In this document: in pieces, positions 37,385-47,301 of the stretch
Layout: every line of letters starts with the position of its first letter
How positions within the stretch are numbered: the first letter of the stretch is position 1
NCBI GenBank assembly: GCA_036338835.1
Contig: JAYZBF010000167.1
Span: forward strand, 1-47,355
Length of the DNA stretch: 47,355 bases
Source of the DNA: Planctomycetota bacterium
GTDB taxonomy: Bacteria > Planctomycetota > Planctomycetia > Pirellulales > Pirellulaceae
Reading direction: 5' to 3'
Made by a program: the position numbers and the translations under genes
The notes under the pieces: generated by a model
Seen by the model: the letters and a program-made list of their open reading frames with translations, nothing else
Told to the model about the DNA's origin: nothing
Databases searched by the model: none

Positions 37385-37609
37385 CTATCGTTCTCGAAAA
37401 GTAATGCGGCCTTTGGTGAGGTCGTAGGGTGAAAGTTCAACTCGAACCTTATCGCCTGGCACAATTCGAATAAAATGTTTTCGCATGCGACCGGCTACAT
37501 GGGCTAGAACTTCTGCGCCGTTATCCAACTGCACGCGAAACCTAGTGTTCGCTAATGCCTGTGTTACAGTGCCTTCGACTTCAAGTGCTTCTTCTTTCTT
37601 CTTATTCAT
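37385..37609 (-). CDS. infA: Translation initiation factor IF-1
   Basis: [63 protein letters not shown] is collinear with E. coli InfA. Confidence 0.95.
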   Translation of the reverse strand: MNKKKEEALEVEGTVTQALANTRFRVQLDNGAEVLAHVAGRMRKHFIRIVPGDKVRVELSPYDLTKGRITFRER

Positions 37610-37771
37610 ACAGCCTTAAACCCAATAGCCTAACATGTGTTTCGATACGTTACTAAACTTACCTATGAAAAGCGAACCGATTCCTTAATCTGTTTGATTT
37701 CGCTATTCCTTGAGTTTAAGACACGATATCGTTGATAACCAGTCCTGTTTTGGTTAATTTGAGCGAATCTG

Positions 37772-38974
37772 TTACCGCTCTAATGCCATTTGCAACCGCT
37801 CGAGAATAGAATCGCTCTCTTCAATGCCCACAGACAGCCGTATCGTGGCGCCATTGACGCCAAGTTGTTGCTGTTGTTCGAGAGATAATCCTCGATGGCT
37901 GGTAGAAAGGGGATGGCTTATCGTCGTTGTCACATCGCCCAGTGACGGGCAAAACGCAAGTGCGGGACTCGCCATCACTTGATCCGCCGCCGTGCGACCC
38001 CCTGTCATCTGAAACGTGACAACATGACCACTGCCTTGATTAAACTGCCGCTGTGCCAATTGGAAATCATCATGTGATTCCAAGCCTGGATAAACGACTC
38101 GTTCTACGGCGTCGTGCTCGGTTAAGTATTCAGCTACCTTGAGTGCCGATTCACACGCTCGGCTTATTCTGAGTGCCAACGTCGCAACACCGCGACATGC
38201 CAACCAGCACTCCAACGGACTACTAGCTAAGCCCCACGTTGAATTCACCGATTCGACTCGCTCCCAGTCGTCGTGATTCCCGGCGAGTATGCCAAGCATG
38301 ATATCGCCATGTCCATTCATAAACTTACTAACGCTTTCAAGTACTAAATCAGCGCCCAGCTCAAGGGGTTGACATACAATCGGCGTTGCAAAAGTATTGT
38401 CTACGAGCAATTGTGCGTCGCCGGAATGAGCAATCTCTGCCAATGCCTTGATATCGGAAATCCGCAATATCGGGTTGGAGATAGTTTCGGCGACAATTAA
38501 TCGAGTATTGTCTGTCATGGCATCTTCTACAGCCTGCAGGTCACAACTATCTACTAACGAGTGTTGGATGCCTAATCGCTGTAATTCACCACCAAGTAAA
38601 ACGATGCTGCGACCGTACAGGCGATTACAAACAACTACGTGGTCACCGTGTTGGAGTTGCGACAGTACTGCTAGCGACAACGCCGCCATTCCAGATGAGG
38701 TAACCGTAGCGTGCTTTGCCTTGTGCAGCGTCCGACACGCTTTTGCGAATTGATTCGCATTGGGATGGCTTTCACGTTGGTAAACAAATCCAGACTGCGC
38801 ACCAGCCAGGATTGCATCCGCTTGTTCGGTAGATTCACATTGCCAAACCGAGGTAAGAAACAAGGGCAAATTATTTGGTACGGTTTGACCCGCAGTACGA
38901 TATTCGCCAACATCGGGTACCGAGCTATCAGGTACCTCGTTTGAGTTAGAACGACATTTATCAGAATCCGACAT
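37772..38974 (-). CDS. Cys/Met-metabolism PLP-dependent enzyme (cystathionine gamma-synthase/lyase family)
   Basis: Family blocks YQRESHPN, TSSGMAA, DNTFATP and the PLP-lysine context ESVSKFMNGHGD. ATG at 38974 is preferred over the upstream TTG. Confidence 0.85.
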   Translation of the reverse strand: MSDSDKCRSNSNEVPDSSVPDVGEYRTAGQTVPNNLPLFLTSVWQCESTEQADAILAGAQSGFVYQRESHPNANQFAKACRTLHKAKHATVTSSGMAALSLAVLSQLQHGDHVVVCNRLYGRSIVLLGGELQRLGIQHSLVDSCDLQAVEDAMTDNTRLIVAETISNPILRISDIKALAEIAHSGDAQLLVDNTFATPIVCQPLELGADLVLESVSKFMNGHGDIMLGILAGNHDDWERVESVNSTWGLASSPLECWLACRGVATLALRISRACESALKVAEYLTEHDAVERVVYPGLESHDDFQLAQRQFNQGSGHVVTFQMTGGRTAADQVMASPALAFCPSLGDVTTTISHPLSTSHRGLSLEQQQQLGVNGATIRLSVGIEESDSILERLQMALER

Positions 38975-39098
38975 TTTGTATTTCCTTGCAAACAGCTGCA
39001 AGCACCGGCTACAAAGATCACCAACCGTTCTGCCCGACTAATGGGGATCAAGCTCTTCTTGGTTTTACAACTTGTCGCGTCAATTTCTTAGCTTAGCT

Positions 39099-40742
39099 CT
39101 AAATCAGTCCAGCTAATTCCTGCAGCACGTGCCAATTTTCAAGACGTTCTTGTGTAGCAGCAAGCAAAATTTCCGATGGGTTTCCATCTTTATCAAAATG
39201 CTTGGCAAAGCGTCCTTCGCTTCGACAAAAGTCAATAAAATTAACTTCTTCTTTTGTTTTTGGATTCGTCCACCAATCATTCTTCATGCCAGGGTTGCCT
39301 TGCAACGACATTCGTTCTTTGATCGTAACACCTGCGTCTGGATCATACGTCATCATCGGAAACGCCCGCGAATCCACGGCTAGTCGTGCTTGGTCAGCAG
39401 CCATATTATCAGCCACGCCATGCTCAGGCTGGCAGGTCGTGTAACAGATGATAACCGACGGTCCATCGTACTCGAGAGCTCGAATAACGCTCTTATAAAA
39501 GTGGTTGGTGTGAGCACAGGTTGTTTGGGCTACATATGTATTGGGGTGCATGATTGCAATTTGTGCCATTTCTTTACGACGCTCTTGTTTCCCTTTGTAT
39601 TTCTTACCGTGCAAACTCATCTTAGTGTTTTGACCCATGAAGCTTGCCGTCGAAGCTTGCCCACCGGTGTTCGAATAAACTTGCGTATCAAGAATAAAGG
39701 CATTGATATTCATACCCGTCGCTAACATTCGCGACAGTGATTGAAAACCAATATCAAACATCGCACCGTCACCACCGATACACCAAATAGGTTGCTCGTC
39801 TTTGCCCATTTGATCCCAACGCGCCCGTACCCCCATCGCATCAGCTGGAGCATTTTCAAACAGCGAGTTAGTCCAAGGTACGAGGTAAGGATTATATGGA
39901 TAGGTCGATGTATAAACGGTGTTACACCCAGTAGCCGCAACAATCCCCCATTGGTCGCCGTGCATAGCACCTGTAGCAGCACACATCATTCGCAGCGCGG
40001 TACCTTCACCACAACCTGCACACGACCCCGCTCCACCAACATAAATATGCGTTTCTTCCTTGAGCATCATATCAATCAACAATTTGTCATTGATATACGT
40101 GTCATCCGAAGGTCCAAATTCTTTGAAAAAGCGATGACTCTTGCGAATATCATCCATCGTCTTTTCAGATTTTGGAATCATCTCTAATGCCAAGTCATCA
40201 CATACCGTGACACATTCGGCACAACCTTTACACTTGCTGGGGTCAATCAGAATTGCGAAACGGCCGCCTTCATGGCCTTTTTTCTGTGGAGCATCATAAT
40301 ACTTCCGCGTCTTGGCCCACTGATTGCCAAACATCTCGCGGTCGGTTTCGTCTTCAATGCCTGCTAGCTTCGTATTGAGATCTGTCTCCGATAAAACCTT
40401 CCCTAAGATTGCTGTGTCAGGACACTGCGTTACACAATCCATACAGCCCGTGCAATTTTCAATAATGAATTCTGGGATTTCCGGTGACACGTAGCTAAAG
40501 TCACGAAATGCGGCAGTACCTGCTGGAACAAGCGATCGTGCTACGGAAAGATCGGCTTCAAGCGATTTTTCTGCTCCGCCGGATTCATAGGAACGAATAA
40601 TGCGCTCGTTAAAATCTTCAACGTTGAGCACGGGTAGTTCAAGTCCTTCTGGTGCGGAATCGACCAGCGTACCGAAGGAGTTGTTGTTATGTGGATCGCG
40701 GTCGTTGGGTTCATTGACCGACGGTTTATCGATTGTAGCCAT
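39099..40742 (-). CDS. Pyruvate/2-oxoacid:ferredoxin oxidoreductase, ferredoxin (delta-like) plus TPP-binding (beta-like) part
   Basis: Two 4Fe-4S motifs (CTGCMDCVTQCP, CKGCAECVTVCD) are followed by TPP-binding blocks (CAGCGEG, GGDGAMFDIGFQSL). ATG at 40742 is preferred over TTG at 40814. Confidence 0.85.
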   Translation of the reverse strand: MATIDKPSVNEPNDRDPHNNNSFGTLVDSAPEGLELPVLNVEDFNERIIRSYESGGAEKSLEADLSVARSLVPAGTAAFRDFSYVSPEIPEFIIENCTGCMDCVTQCPDTAILGKVLSETDLNTKLAGIEDETDREMFGNQWAKTRKYYDAPQKKGHEGGRFAILIDPSKCKGCAECVTVCDDLALEMIPKSEKTMDDIRKSHRFFKEFGPSDDTYINDKLLIDMMLKEETHIYVGGAGSCAGCGEGTALRMMCAATGAMHGDQWGIVAATGCNTVYTSTYPYNPYLVPWTNSLFENAPADAMGVRARWDQMGKDEQPIWCIGGDGAMFDIGFQSLSRMLATGMNINAFILDTQVYSNTGGQASTASFMGQNTKMSLHGKKYKGKQERRKEMAQIAIMHPNTYVAQTTCAHTNHFYKSVIRALEYDGPSVIICYTTCQPEHGVADNMAADQARLAVDSRAFPMMTYDPDAGVTIKERMSLQGNPGMKNDWWTNPKTKEEVNFIDFCRSEGRFAKHFDKDGNPSEILLAATQERLENWHVLQELAGLI

Positions 40743-40824
40743 GGTTATCTTTCGTACTACCGGTATAAAACCTGTAGACTTAAAAACTATGTCTTGCAAG
40801 CTTTTCGCTGGCAAAGCACTTAAA

Positions 40825-42801
40825 TTATGATTGAATTAATTCTTCGGGCACCTGTTGCATTTCACTGTACCCGCGTTTAACACACGTCAGGTTATCCTGC
40901 ACAACTTGCTCTCCACGTTTGCCAAAATATTTACGCAACGCTTTTTCAACACCAGCGTATACTTCATCATCACTCATGCCACTATCCGTGGCAAATGGCG
41001 TTAACTTTAGAAACGCACCTAACAGTACGATTCCTTGCATACGCATTTCGAGATCTGCAACAGAAGCAACCTCTCGGGCGATGTCCACCATGTCTGTATA
41101 GTACAAACGCAGTTTTTTGTCCTTAAAGACTTGTTTGAGGTCGGTAGGTATACGCTCCCACACATCAGCGGGGTCAGCAAAATTACTTTGCATAAAGACC
41201 GCGCCGCCCTCGACCAACCCGTTTAGTGGATTGCCCGTGAGAATGGCGTTGGTGTCATTGAGCACAGCTAGGTTGACGTATTCCAATTCCGAGTGGGTAT
41301 AAATATGTGATTCGGCAATCGTCAGATAATAAGTTGTCGGTAAGCCTTTCTTTTCCGATCCATATTTTGGATATGCTTGAACGTCTTTACCAAACACTTG
41401 ACCAGCAATCGTGGCAATCACCTTGTTTGTCGTAACACTTCCAAAACCACCAACCGAATGACCTCGCATGGAAAATGCACCCGCTGGACGCAAATCGGGG
41501 TCTTCTTTAGGCGCAAGTGCTGTGGCGTGTTTAATGCCGACACAGAAGAAGTCCTGACCATCATTAATCATGTTGTCAAAAATGGCGTTAATGTCACCAG
41601 GCCGAACATCACGACTTCCCAACCCAGCAGCACCATGATAGATGCGAGGCATGCTATCGATTTTTGTACAACCACTTTGGCCATTCATTGCATCACAAAA
41701 TGCCGCTTTGATTTCTCGCGTGAGGTGGTTACCGGTTGTCGAAAGTGGATCGTCCATTCGTTCAATAACGGTAATCGCTTTACAATCCTTTAATGCGTCC
41801 ACGATGCGTAATGCTGGAAAAGGACGGAAACAATAAATATTCAAACAGCCGGCTTTGATGCCAAGCTCTTCACGCAAATAATCAACCGTTATCTGTGCCG
41901 TTTCCATGTACGACCCGATACCCACAAGAACATATTCGGCATCTTCGCAGCGATAAGGCTCGATTAAATCGTAGCGACGTCCAGTCTGTCGATAGAATTC
42001 TTGAAAGGCTTCTTCGATTGCAGGTTCCACTTGATCGTAATACCAGCGCTGGGCAATCTTGCCCTTCATATAGGAATCTTGGTTTTGAACCACGCCAGAC
42101 ATCAATGGGCTTTCCGTTCCCATAAGATTCATAATCTTGTCTTCCGGCTTACCGACAAAATCCTTCATGAATTCCTTGTCAAGTAATCGTACCGTTTCGA
42201 CTGTATGGGTGGTCAAAAATCCATCTTGTACATTCAGAAACGGAGTACAGCTTGCTTCGGCAGCCCGCCGAGAGATCAAGCATAAGTCTTGAGCTTCTTG
42301 AGCATTTCGGCCAAACAGTACACCCCAACCACAATCGGCAACACTCATGACATCATCATGACCCGCGTGGACGTTTAGGCTTTGGCTCGTTAACGCTCGA
42401 GATCCAATGTTAAATACAGCTGGCAAGCGTTTACCCGAAATGGTGTAAAGCACTTCTTTCATCAGAACCAACCCTTGGCCTGAAGTAAAGTTCGTGACGC
42501 GACCACCTGCTAAGGCAAAGCCTTCACAAAACGTCGCTGCCGAGTGTTCACTTTCCGGTTCGACAAAAACGAGTTCATCGCCCCAGAGGTTAGGAACTCC
42601 ATTTTGACGAGCGGCGTTGAATCCGGATCCCATGGTTGTCGAACTAGTAATCGGATATGCGCCACTGCCTTGGCTGATGTTTGTTTCCACCCAAACCACT
42701 GCTTCCGCACCATCGCAAGTGGTGGGTGTACCTGGGTATTGGTACGTTTGTTCTTCGACGACAGGTGCATCGGTTGTTTTATCAATTGAATCAATAGACA
42801 T
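40825..42801 (-). CDS. Pyruvate/2-oxoacid:ferredoxin oxidoreductase, domains I-II-III (alpha-like plus gamma-like)
   Basis: The N-terminal PFOR domain I pattern (CDGAEAVVWVE...YPITSSTTM) is present. A gamma/domain III block lies near the C-terminal third (GHSVGGFGSVTTNKVIATIAG...YGSEKKGLPT). AGGAG lies upstream of the ATG. Confidence 0.85.
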   Translation of the reverse strand: MSIDSIDKTTDAPVVEEQTYQYPGTPTTCDGAEAVVWVETNISQGSGAYPITSSTTMGSGFNAARQNGVPNLWGDELVFVEPESEHSAATFCEGFALAGGRVTNFTSGQGLVLMKEVLYTISGKRLPAVFNIGSRALTSQSLNVHAGHDDVMSVADCGWGVLFGRNAQEAQDLCLISRRAAEASCTPFLNVQDGFLTTHTVETVRLLDKEFMKDFVGKPEDKIMNLMGTESPLMSGVVQNQDSYMKGKIAQRWYYDQVEPAIEEAFQEFYRQTGRRYDLIEPYRCEDAEYVLVGIGSYMETAQITVDYLREELGIKAGCLNIYCFRPFPALRIVDALKDCKAITVIERMDDPLSTTGNHLTREIKAAFCDAMNGQSGCTKIDSMPRIYHGAAGLGSRDVRPGDINAIFDNMINDGQDFFCVGIKHATALAPKEDPDLRPAGAFSMRGHSVGGFGSVTTNKVIATIAGQVFGKDVQAYPKYGSEKKGLPTTYYLTIAESHIYTHSELEYVNLAVLNDTNAILTGNPLNGLVEGGAVFMQSNFADPADVWERIPTDLKQVFKDKKLRLYYTDMVDIAREVASVADLEMRMQGIVLLGAFLKLTPFATDSGMSDDEVYAGVEKALRKYFGKRGEQVVQDNLTCVKRGYSEMQQVPEELIQS

Positions 42802-43132
42802 TCGCCTTGATCACTCCTACTTCTGTGTTTTTAGGCTGCGTTTAAGAAACGGCTTTTTGCCCGCAGATTAGCTAGTTTTTTATAACTTCTTGATCCTATA
42901 ATACCTACGCGCAATGTTATCAGACGCCTATATATGTGTCAAACCCTGTTAAATTGCTGCAACTATATACATATTCAACTATCGGCCATATTGGGGATTA
43001 ACATCCACAGTATGCCCACCCTATTCCCGTTACGGGCCATAATCTTCTAATTCGGTAACTTCCCAACAGGAACAATCGACGTATACTATTGCTATATAAG
43101 GTAAAGCAATCTCTAGCTACAGGCTATCTGAA

Positions 43133-43378
43133 GTGCGAACACTTGATTACATACTTGAAAAACGTGCCATTACTATTATCGAACTAGCTGAATTGTCTTC
43201 GTTGGACAAAGGGCGCGTGGAAGCAATCACCGTTGGGCGCTGGACCGCATCACCGCGCGAACGACAGCAAATTGCTGCGGCGTTGGATTTGACCGTGCAA
43301 GATATTTTTTGGGGGCATTATATGGAACCCCGTGTGCAGGAATATCGCCGAATTGGATTCGAAAGGGACTTTCAATGA
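43133..43378 (+). CDS. Small XRE/Cro-like helix-turn-helix protein (81 aa)
   Basis: HTH-like ITIIELAELSSLDKGRVEAITVGRWTASP..IAAALDLTVQDIFWGH. The start is GTG. It is paralogous to the next ORF. Confidence 0.55.
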   Translation: MRTLDYILEKRAITIIELAELSSLDKGRVEAITVGRWTASPRERQQIAAALDLTVQDIFWGHYMEPRVQEYRRIGFERDFQ

Positions 43379-43608
43379 GCACAAAAACTGTTGCCACATT
43401 GTGCCACGAACAACAGTTTACGCTGAAACAATTGGTTGAGCAGACCGGCGTTGACGAACACCGCATCGTTGCGATTTTGATGGGGCGATGGACACCGTCG
43501 CCAAGCGATCGTGATAAAATCGCAAAAGCACTAGGCGTTACGCGAGATGACATTACTTGGGGGCACCAGACACCGATCCAACACATCTACGGCATCGGCC
43601 CCGGATAA
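43375..43608 (+). CDS. Small XRE/Cro-like helix-turn-helix protein (77 aa), paralogue of the preceding gene
   Basis: FTLKQLVEQTGVDEHRIVAILMGRWTPSP..IAKALGVTRDDITWGH. By eye it shares about 24 of 52 identities with the upstream ORF core. The ATG overlaps the upstream TGA (ATGA at 43375-43378). Confidence 0.55.
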   Translation: MSTKTVATLCHEQQFTLKQLVEQTGVDEHRIVAILMGRWTPSPSDRDKIAKALGVTRDDITWGHQTPIQHIYGIGPG

Positions 43609-43652
43609 ACACTGAGCGTCTGTACATACCAGCCACGGACCTATCCGCTGCA

Positions 43653-44129
43653 TTAATCGCCACAGCCTATATCATCACCATAGGCTTGCAAAATCAACAT
43701 CTGCTCTTTCCGTTCATGGCTACGTAGCTGAGCATGAAATCCATCAAACTCGCGGACCACTTTACGGAAGCCTTGTTTGAGCCGTTGGCGTTCATTCAGG
43801 GTCCAAGAGAAATCAACTAAGGCAGCAATCCGCTCGGCCAATTCAATATGTTCCAACCGCAATTGATCAGCGCGATCACTCAATCGTGGCGCAATACCTA
43901 TCGGTCCATCAAGATAACCAAATGCCTCTTCCAGAGAAAAATGAGTCGCTAGCTGGTCACGGAGTCGCGTTAAGCGAATGCAAAAACAGGTGCAGTTCTC
44001 CTCGTCCTCCAGCCGCTGTGTACATGCCAGCGAAATAGCTTCAAGTAGATTCCACAATTCCTGATTCAATTGCTTGATTTCTTCTAAAAATGCAGAGTTA
44101 ACCGTTACTGTGCGAGTTTGAATTAACAT
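43653..44129 (-). CDS. Hemerythrin-like (HHE cation-binding type) protein, tentative
   Basis: ATG at 44129 is preceded by GGAGG at a 9-nt spacing. The helical protein carries H/E motifs typical of hemerythrin-like domains (LATHFSLEEAFGYL, LEHIEL, HERKEQ). Confidence 0.4.
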   Translation of the reverse strand: MLIQTRTVTVNSAFLEEIKQLNQELWNLLEAISLACTQRLEDEENCTCFCIRLTRLRDQLATHFSLEEAFGYLDGPIGIAPRLSDRADQLRLEHIELAERIAALVDFSWTLNERQRLKQGFRKVVREFDGFHAQLRSHERKEQMLILQAYGDDIGCGD

Positions 44130-44522
44130 CGTTCTTGACCTCCATGAAAAAGACCTTTTTGGGCGTCTAGTCGCCGCGATTCCATTGTTAACCAGCCAAA
44201 ATTTTGGAATGACCTCTATCTTGGCCAGTGATCGGCTAACTAAAGTAAGCAATGCAAATGCGGGTACAGAGCAGCTCATCGCTAATTACGTTGCAACACT
44301 ATTGAACAGTAAAAAAGAGCCGTGCTAGATGCAACTCAATACAAGCCCAGTGCTTCTTCCACGCTGTAAATGCGGTGAATACCGATGGAAGCGAAAATCT
44401 ATTGTGGAAGATTGCTGTGGTTGCCCACTTAATCACTTACTACAACCATCCTAAAGTTTTAGGAGATCGGTTTCAAGAAAAAAATGGTGCGGTCATCAAA
44501 ATAAACAAGTTCCACTGCGGCC

Positions 44523-45941
44523 TTAACCATCAGCAGAGTCATTTTTCCGCGTCCTTATCGCCACTATCACGCCCGTTAACACTACAAATGCCGTGGCAAT
44601 GCTCAGTCCCATAAAAAACCGGTCGCGAAGCAACTCCATTGATTCAACCATAAACAAAAAATAATCGGCTGCTCGATAAGTAATGAAGCCACTCGATAAC
44701 ACGAAAACTAGGGGCAATACTGGAAACCAAGGGGTACGAAATTTATCTGGGGGCACCAGTCCCTGATACCTAAACACCAGCATTGCGATCCCCAGTAGCA
44801 CAAAAAAGCTCCACATAAAGGGCGAGACAAAAAGCACGAGCAGTTCGAATCCGTTAGTTTGCCAACCAAATCCAATGACCATTGCTAGTGTAACAACCGA
44901 TTGCACAACCAATGACCGAGCGGGAACTTGCAGTCGCGAATTCCATTTCCCGAGCCACGCAAAGGCGGGCACTTGGTTGCCTAGTGCATGATAAATTCTC
45001 GCGCTGGTAAACATCATCCCATTCACCGCCCCTAACGCCGTAATACAAATTAACAATGCCATAATTTTTTCCGCACCCGAGCCAATCGTCACTTTCAACA
45101 TGTCAGATGCTGGCGTATCGGATGCTGCCAAGCCCGTGTGCCCGAGTGCCATCAACATCGCAATGTTAATAAGCAAATAAATGACCGAAACCGTACAAAC
45201 ACCCAGCACTAAAGCTCGTGGAATATTCTTCGCTGGGTTTTTTATTTCGGTCGCGACAAATGACATATCATTCCACCCGCCATAAGTAAACATGACGAGC
45301 ACCATGGCGAACAAGAACCCATCAAATGACTGCCCTTGCATTGGCGCAGTCGCCGCAACTGTGGACGGAACGATGGCATCCGGTGACACCCCAATCGCAA
45401 TCACGGATCCGCCGACGAGAATTAACAAAGCCAACACCTTGAAAACCGTAAGCGCATTTTGTGTCAGCTTACCCGCTCGCAAACCAAATAGATTGACGAC
45501 TAACAATATCGTCGTTGCCAATACGGCATAGAACATTTCGCCCATCAGGGAATCTGGCGACGCGGGAAAAAGCGGAAACAGTTCGTAGGCATAGTTGCCA
45601 AACAGCATCGCCATCGGACCTGTGCTACCAGGACGGATTATCCAAAACTCGATCCAAGCGAAAAAACTCCCCGTTTCTTTTCCGTAGGCTTTGACCAAAT
45701 ATGCATACTCACCGCCATCGTGGGTAACGGTCATTGCAAGTTCAACGTAACACAATGCTCCCACAAGTGCTAAACATCCACCTAGCGCCCAGATCCCCAA
45801 TATCCATTGAACCGAGCCGGCATTTGCTGCGACCATAGGCGTGGTTTGATAGATACCGGCCCCAATAATAATGCCAACAATAATACAGGCACCATCAAAT
45901 GCGGATAACGTGCGTTGGGGGGATTGCTTATTACCTGACAC
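44523..45941 (-). CDS. Amino acid/polyamine permease (APC superfamily)
   Basis: About 12 predicted TM helices, with an N-terminal GAGIY-type motif (IIGAGIYQTTPMVA). The start is GTG. Confidence 0.85.
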   Translation of the reverse strand: MSGNKQSPQRTLSAFDGACIIVGIIIGAGIYQTTPMVAANAGSVQWILGIWALGGCLALVGALCYVELAMTVTHDGGEYAYLVKAYGKETGSFFAWIEFWIIRPGSTGPMAMLFGNYAYELFPLFPASPDSLMGEMFYAVLATTILLVVNLFGLRAGKLTQNALTVFKVLALLILVGGSVIAIGVSPDAIVPSTVAATAPMQGQSFDGFLFAMVLVMFTYGGWNDMSFVATEIKNPAKNIPRALVLGVCTVSVIYLLINIAMLMALGHTGLAASDTPASDMLKVTIGSGAEKIMALLICITALGAVNGMMFTSARIYHALGNQVPAFAWLGKWNSRLQVPARSLVVQSVVTLAMVIGFGWQTNGFELLVLFVSPFMWSFFVLLGIAMLVFRYQGLVPPDKFRTPWFPVLPLVFVLSSGFITYRAADYFLFMVESMELLRDRFFMGLSIATAFVVLTGVIVAIRTRKNDSADG

Positions 45942-46023
45942 GAAGGAAAAACCTCTGACGGAGTTGGGACGGCGATTTCGGCGGGATTCTCTAGACCGTT
46001 CGCCTCAGCAAAATCGGTGGCTG

Positions 46024-47301
46024 TTACTGAATTGCCATGTGTACGTTATCAACCCAATTACCGTCTGCATCAAACGGTAATTCGTGGAGGTCACTAATAA
46101 TCTCTAAATCATCCCGACTTTGAACTTGATCCCAATATGCTTCACTGCAAATAAACTCGGCTACATCGAGTGTATTACGAATCCAAACAAATCGGATATT
46201 CTCTGGTGGGGTCAATCCACAGGACTGTAACACGACATCTACAATTTCTCGATCGGTTTCATAATCCAAAGGCGCCATCGCTGCGGTCACATGTCCACCA
46301 GTAATGCAATTGATTCTAGTGATCTTTTTATCCACTTCGCGAATAACCCGAGACCGGCAAAACTCCGACATCCCTAATCCTGTCGCGTTCCCATGAGTTG
46401 CTGTCGTCAAACCACGCACAGCCACAAATCGCACTCGCGGCGTCTCTCCCTCGCTCGCTTTATGATCATTGTATTTTCTCCCAATGGTATTGGTATCCAT
46501 GCCAGATCCACTGACGTCTTTGCCAATTTGGTCAATCGCAAGTAAATCCACATCTTCAAACGGAATGGTTGGCATCATCCTTTTCGCTTCAACTAACAAT
46601 TCCTTTTCTCGATCTTCTAACTCATGCGGCTGCACGGCAGCAACTTTCCCTGTTTTATCTAATTGGTTTTCAACGAGCGCCACGCCCGCAATCACTCCAC
46701 ATTTATCTAACACCTCTTTAGCCACGCTGCGAACGATTTGGGCAAAGCTAAAGTCCATGATGGCTCGATGATATATTTTTGCGCCGTTGTGTTTTCCAAG
46801 ACCAATCAACATCATCTTCATCAAGCCGCTTTCGATTTCTCCAACAAAGTGTGTGTGAGGCTTGACGCGATTACACACCACTACATGATCTGCTTCCCAA
46901 GCATGTTTATCAAAATGGACCGGAAACCCTTCTGCCGCTTCACAGACAACAACCGTTTCCATCGAAGCGAGAATTGGACAACCCATCATTTCTTCGGTAA
47001 TCCCATAGCCCGCTAGGATTTCCCGTTGGCCCTCAGCGGTTCCACCCCCATGACTACCCATCGCAGGAACCACAAAAGGTTCAGCGCCTAATGCCTGCAA
47101 ATGTTTTACAATCGCCCCTATCGCAATATCAATGTTCGCAATGCCACGGCTGCCGGCAGATATCGCGACCGTATCCCCCGCTTGTATCTTGGCTCCTAAG
47201 TCCAACGCTGCCAAACTCGAATCAACAGCAGCTGCCACATCATCCACTTGTTCAACATCAAACAATTGGCGAACTTTAAATACTCGTGGGTAAACTGACA
47301 T
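46024..47301 (-). CDS. Conserved protein, possibly LarA-like (lactate racemase N-terminal / DUF2088-like) fold; function uncertain
   Basis: The 425-aa ORF is clearly coding. Blocks TVAISAGSRGI, PAMGSHGGGT and CNRVKPHTHF are spaced like the LarA N-domain blocks (SSDHTRP, ATGFHRP, ESHFFAGF). This is a weak resemblance only. Confidence 0.35.
   Translation of the reverse strand: MSVYPRVFKVRQLFDVEQVDDVAAAVDSSLAALDLGAKIQAGDTVAISAGSRGIANIDIAIGAIVKHLQALGAEPFVVPAMGSHGGGTAEGQREILAGYGITEEMMGCPILASMETVVVCEAAEGFPVHFDKHAWEADHVVVCNRVKPHTHFVGEIESGLMKMMLIGLGKHNGAKIYHRAIMDFSFAQIVRSVAKEVLDKCGVIAGVALVENQLDKTGKVAAVQPHELEDREKELLVEAKRMMPTIPFEDVDLLAIDQIGKDVSGSGMDTNTIGRKYNDHKASEGETPRVRFVAVRGLTTATHGNATGLGMSEFCRSRVIREVDKKITRINCITGGHVTAAMAPLDYETDREIVDVVLQSCGLTPPENIRFVWIRNTLDVAEFICSEAYWDQVQSRDDLEIISDLHELPFDADGNWVDNVHMAIQ

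Noticed and set aside
44375-44614. 79-aa plus-strand ORF in the gap upstream of the hemerythrin-like gene.
   Set aside because: Its 3' end overlaps the permease gene on the opposite strand. It has no RBS and no motif, so it is probably spurious. The interval is flagged instead as possibly non-coding RNA or UTR.
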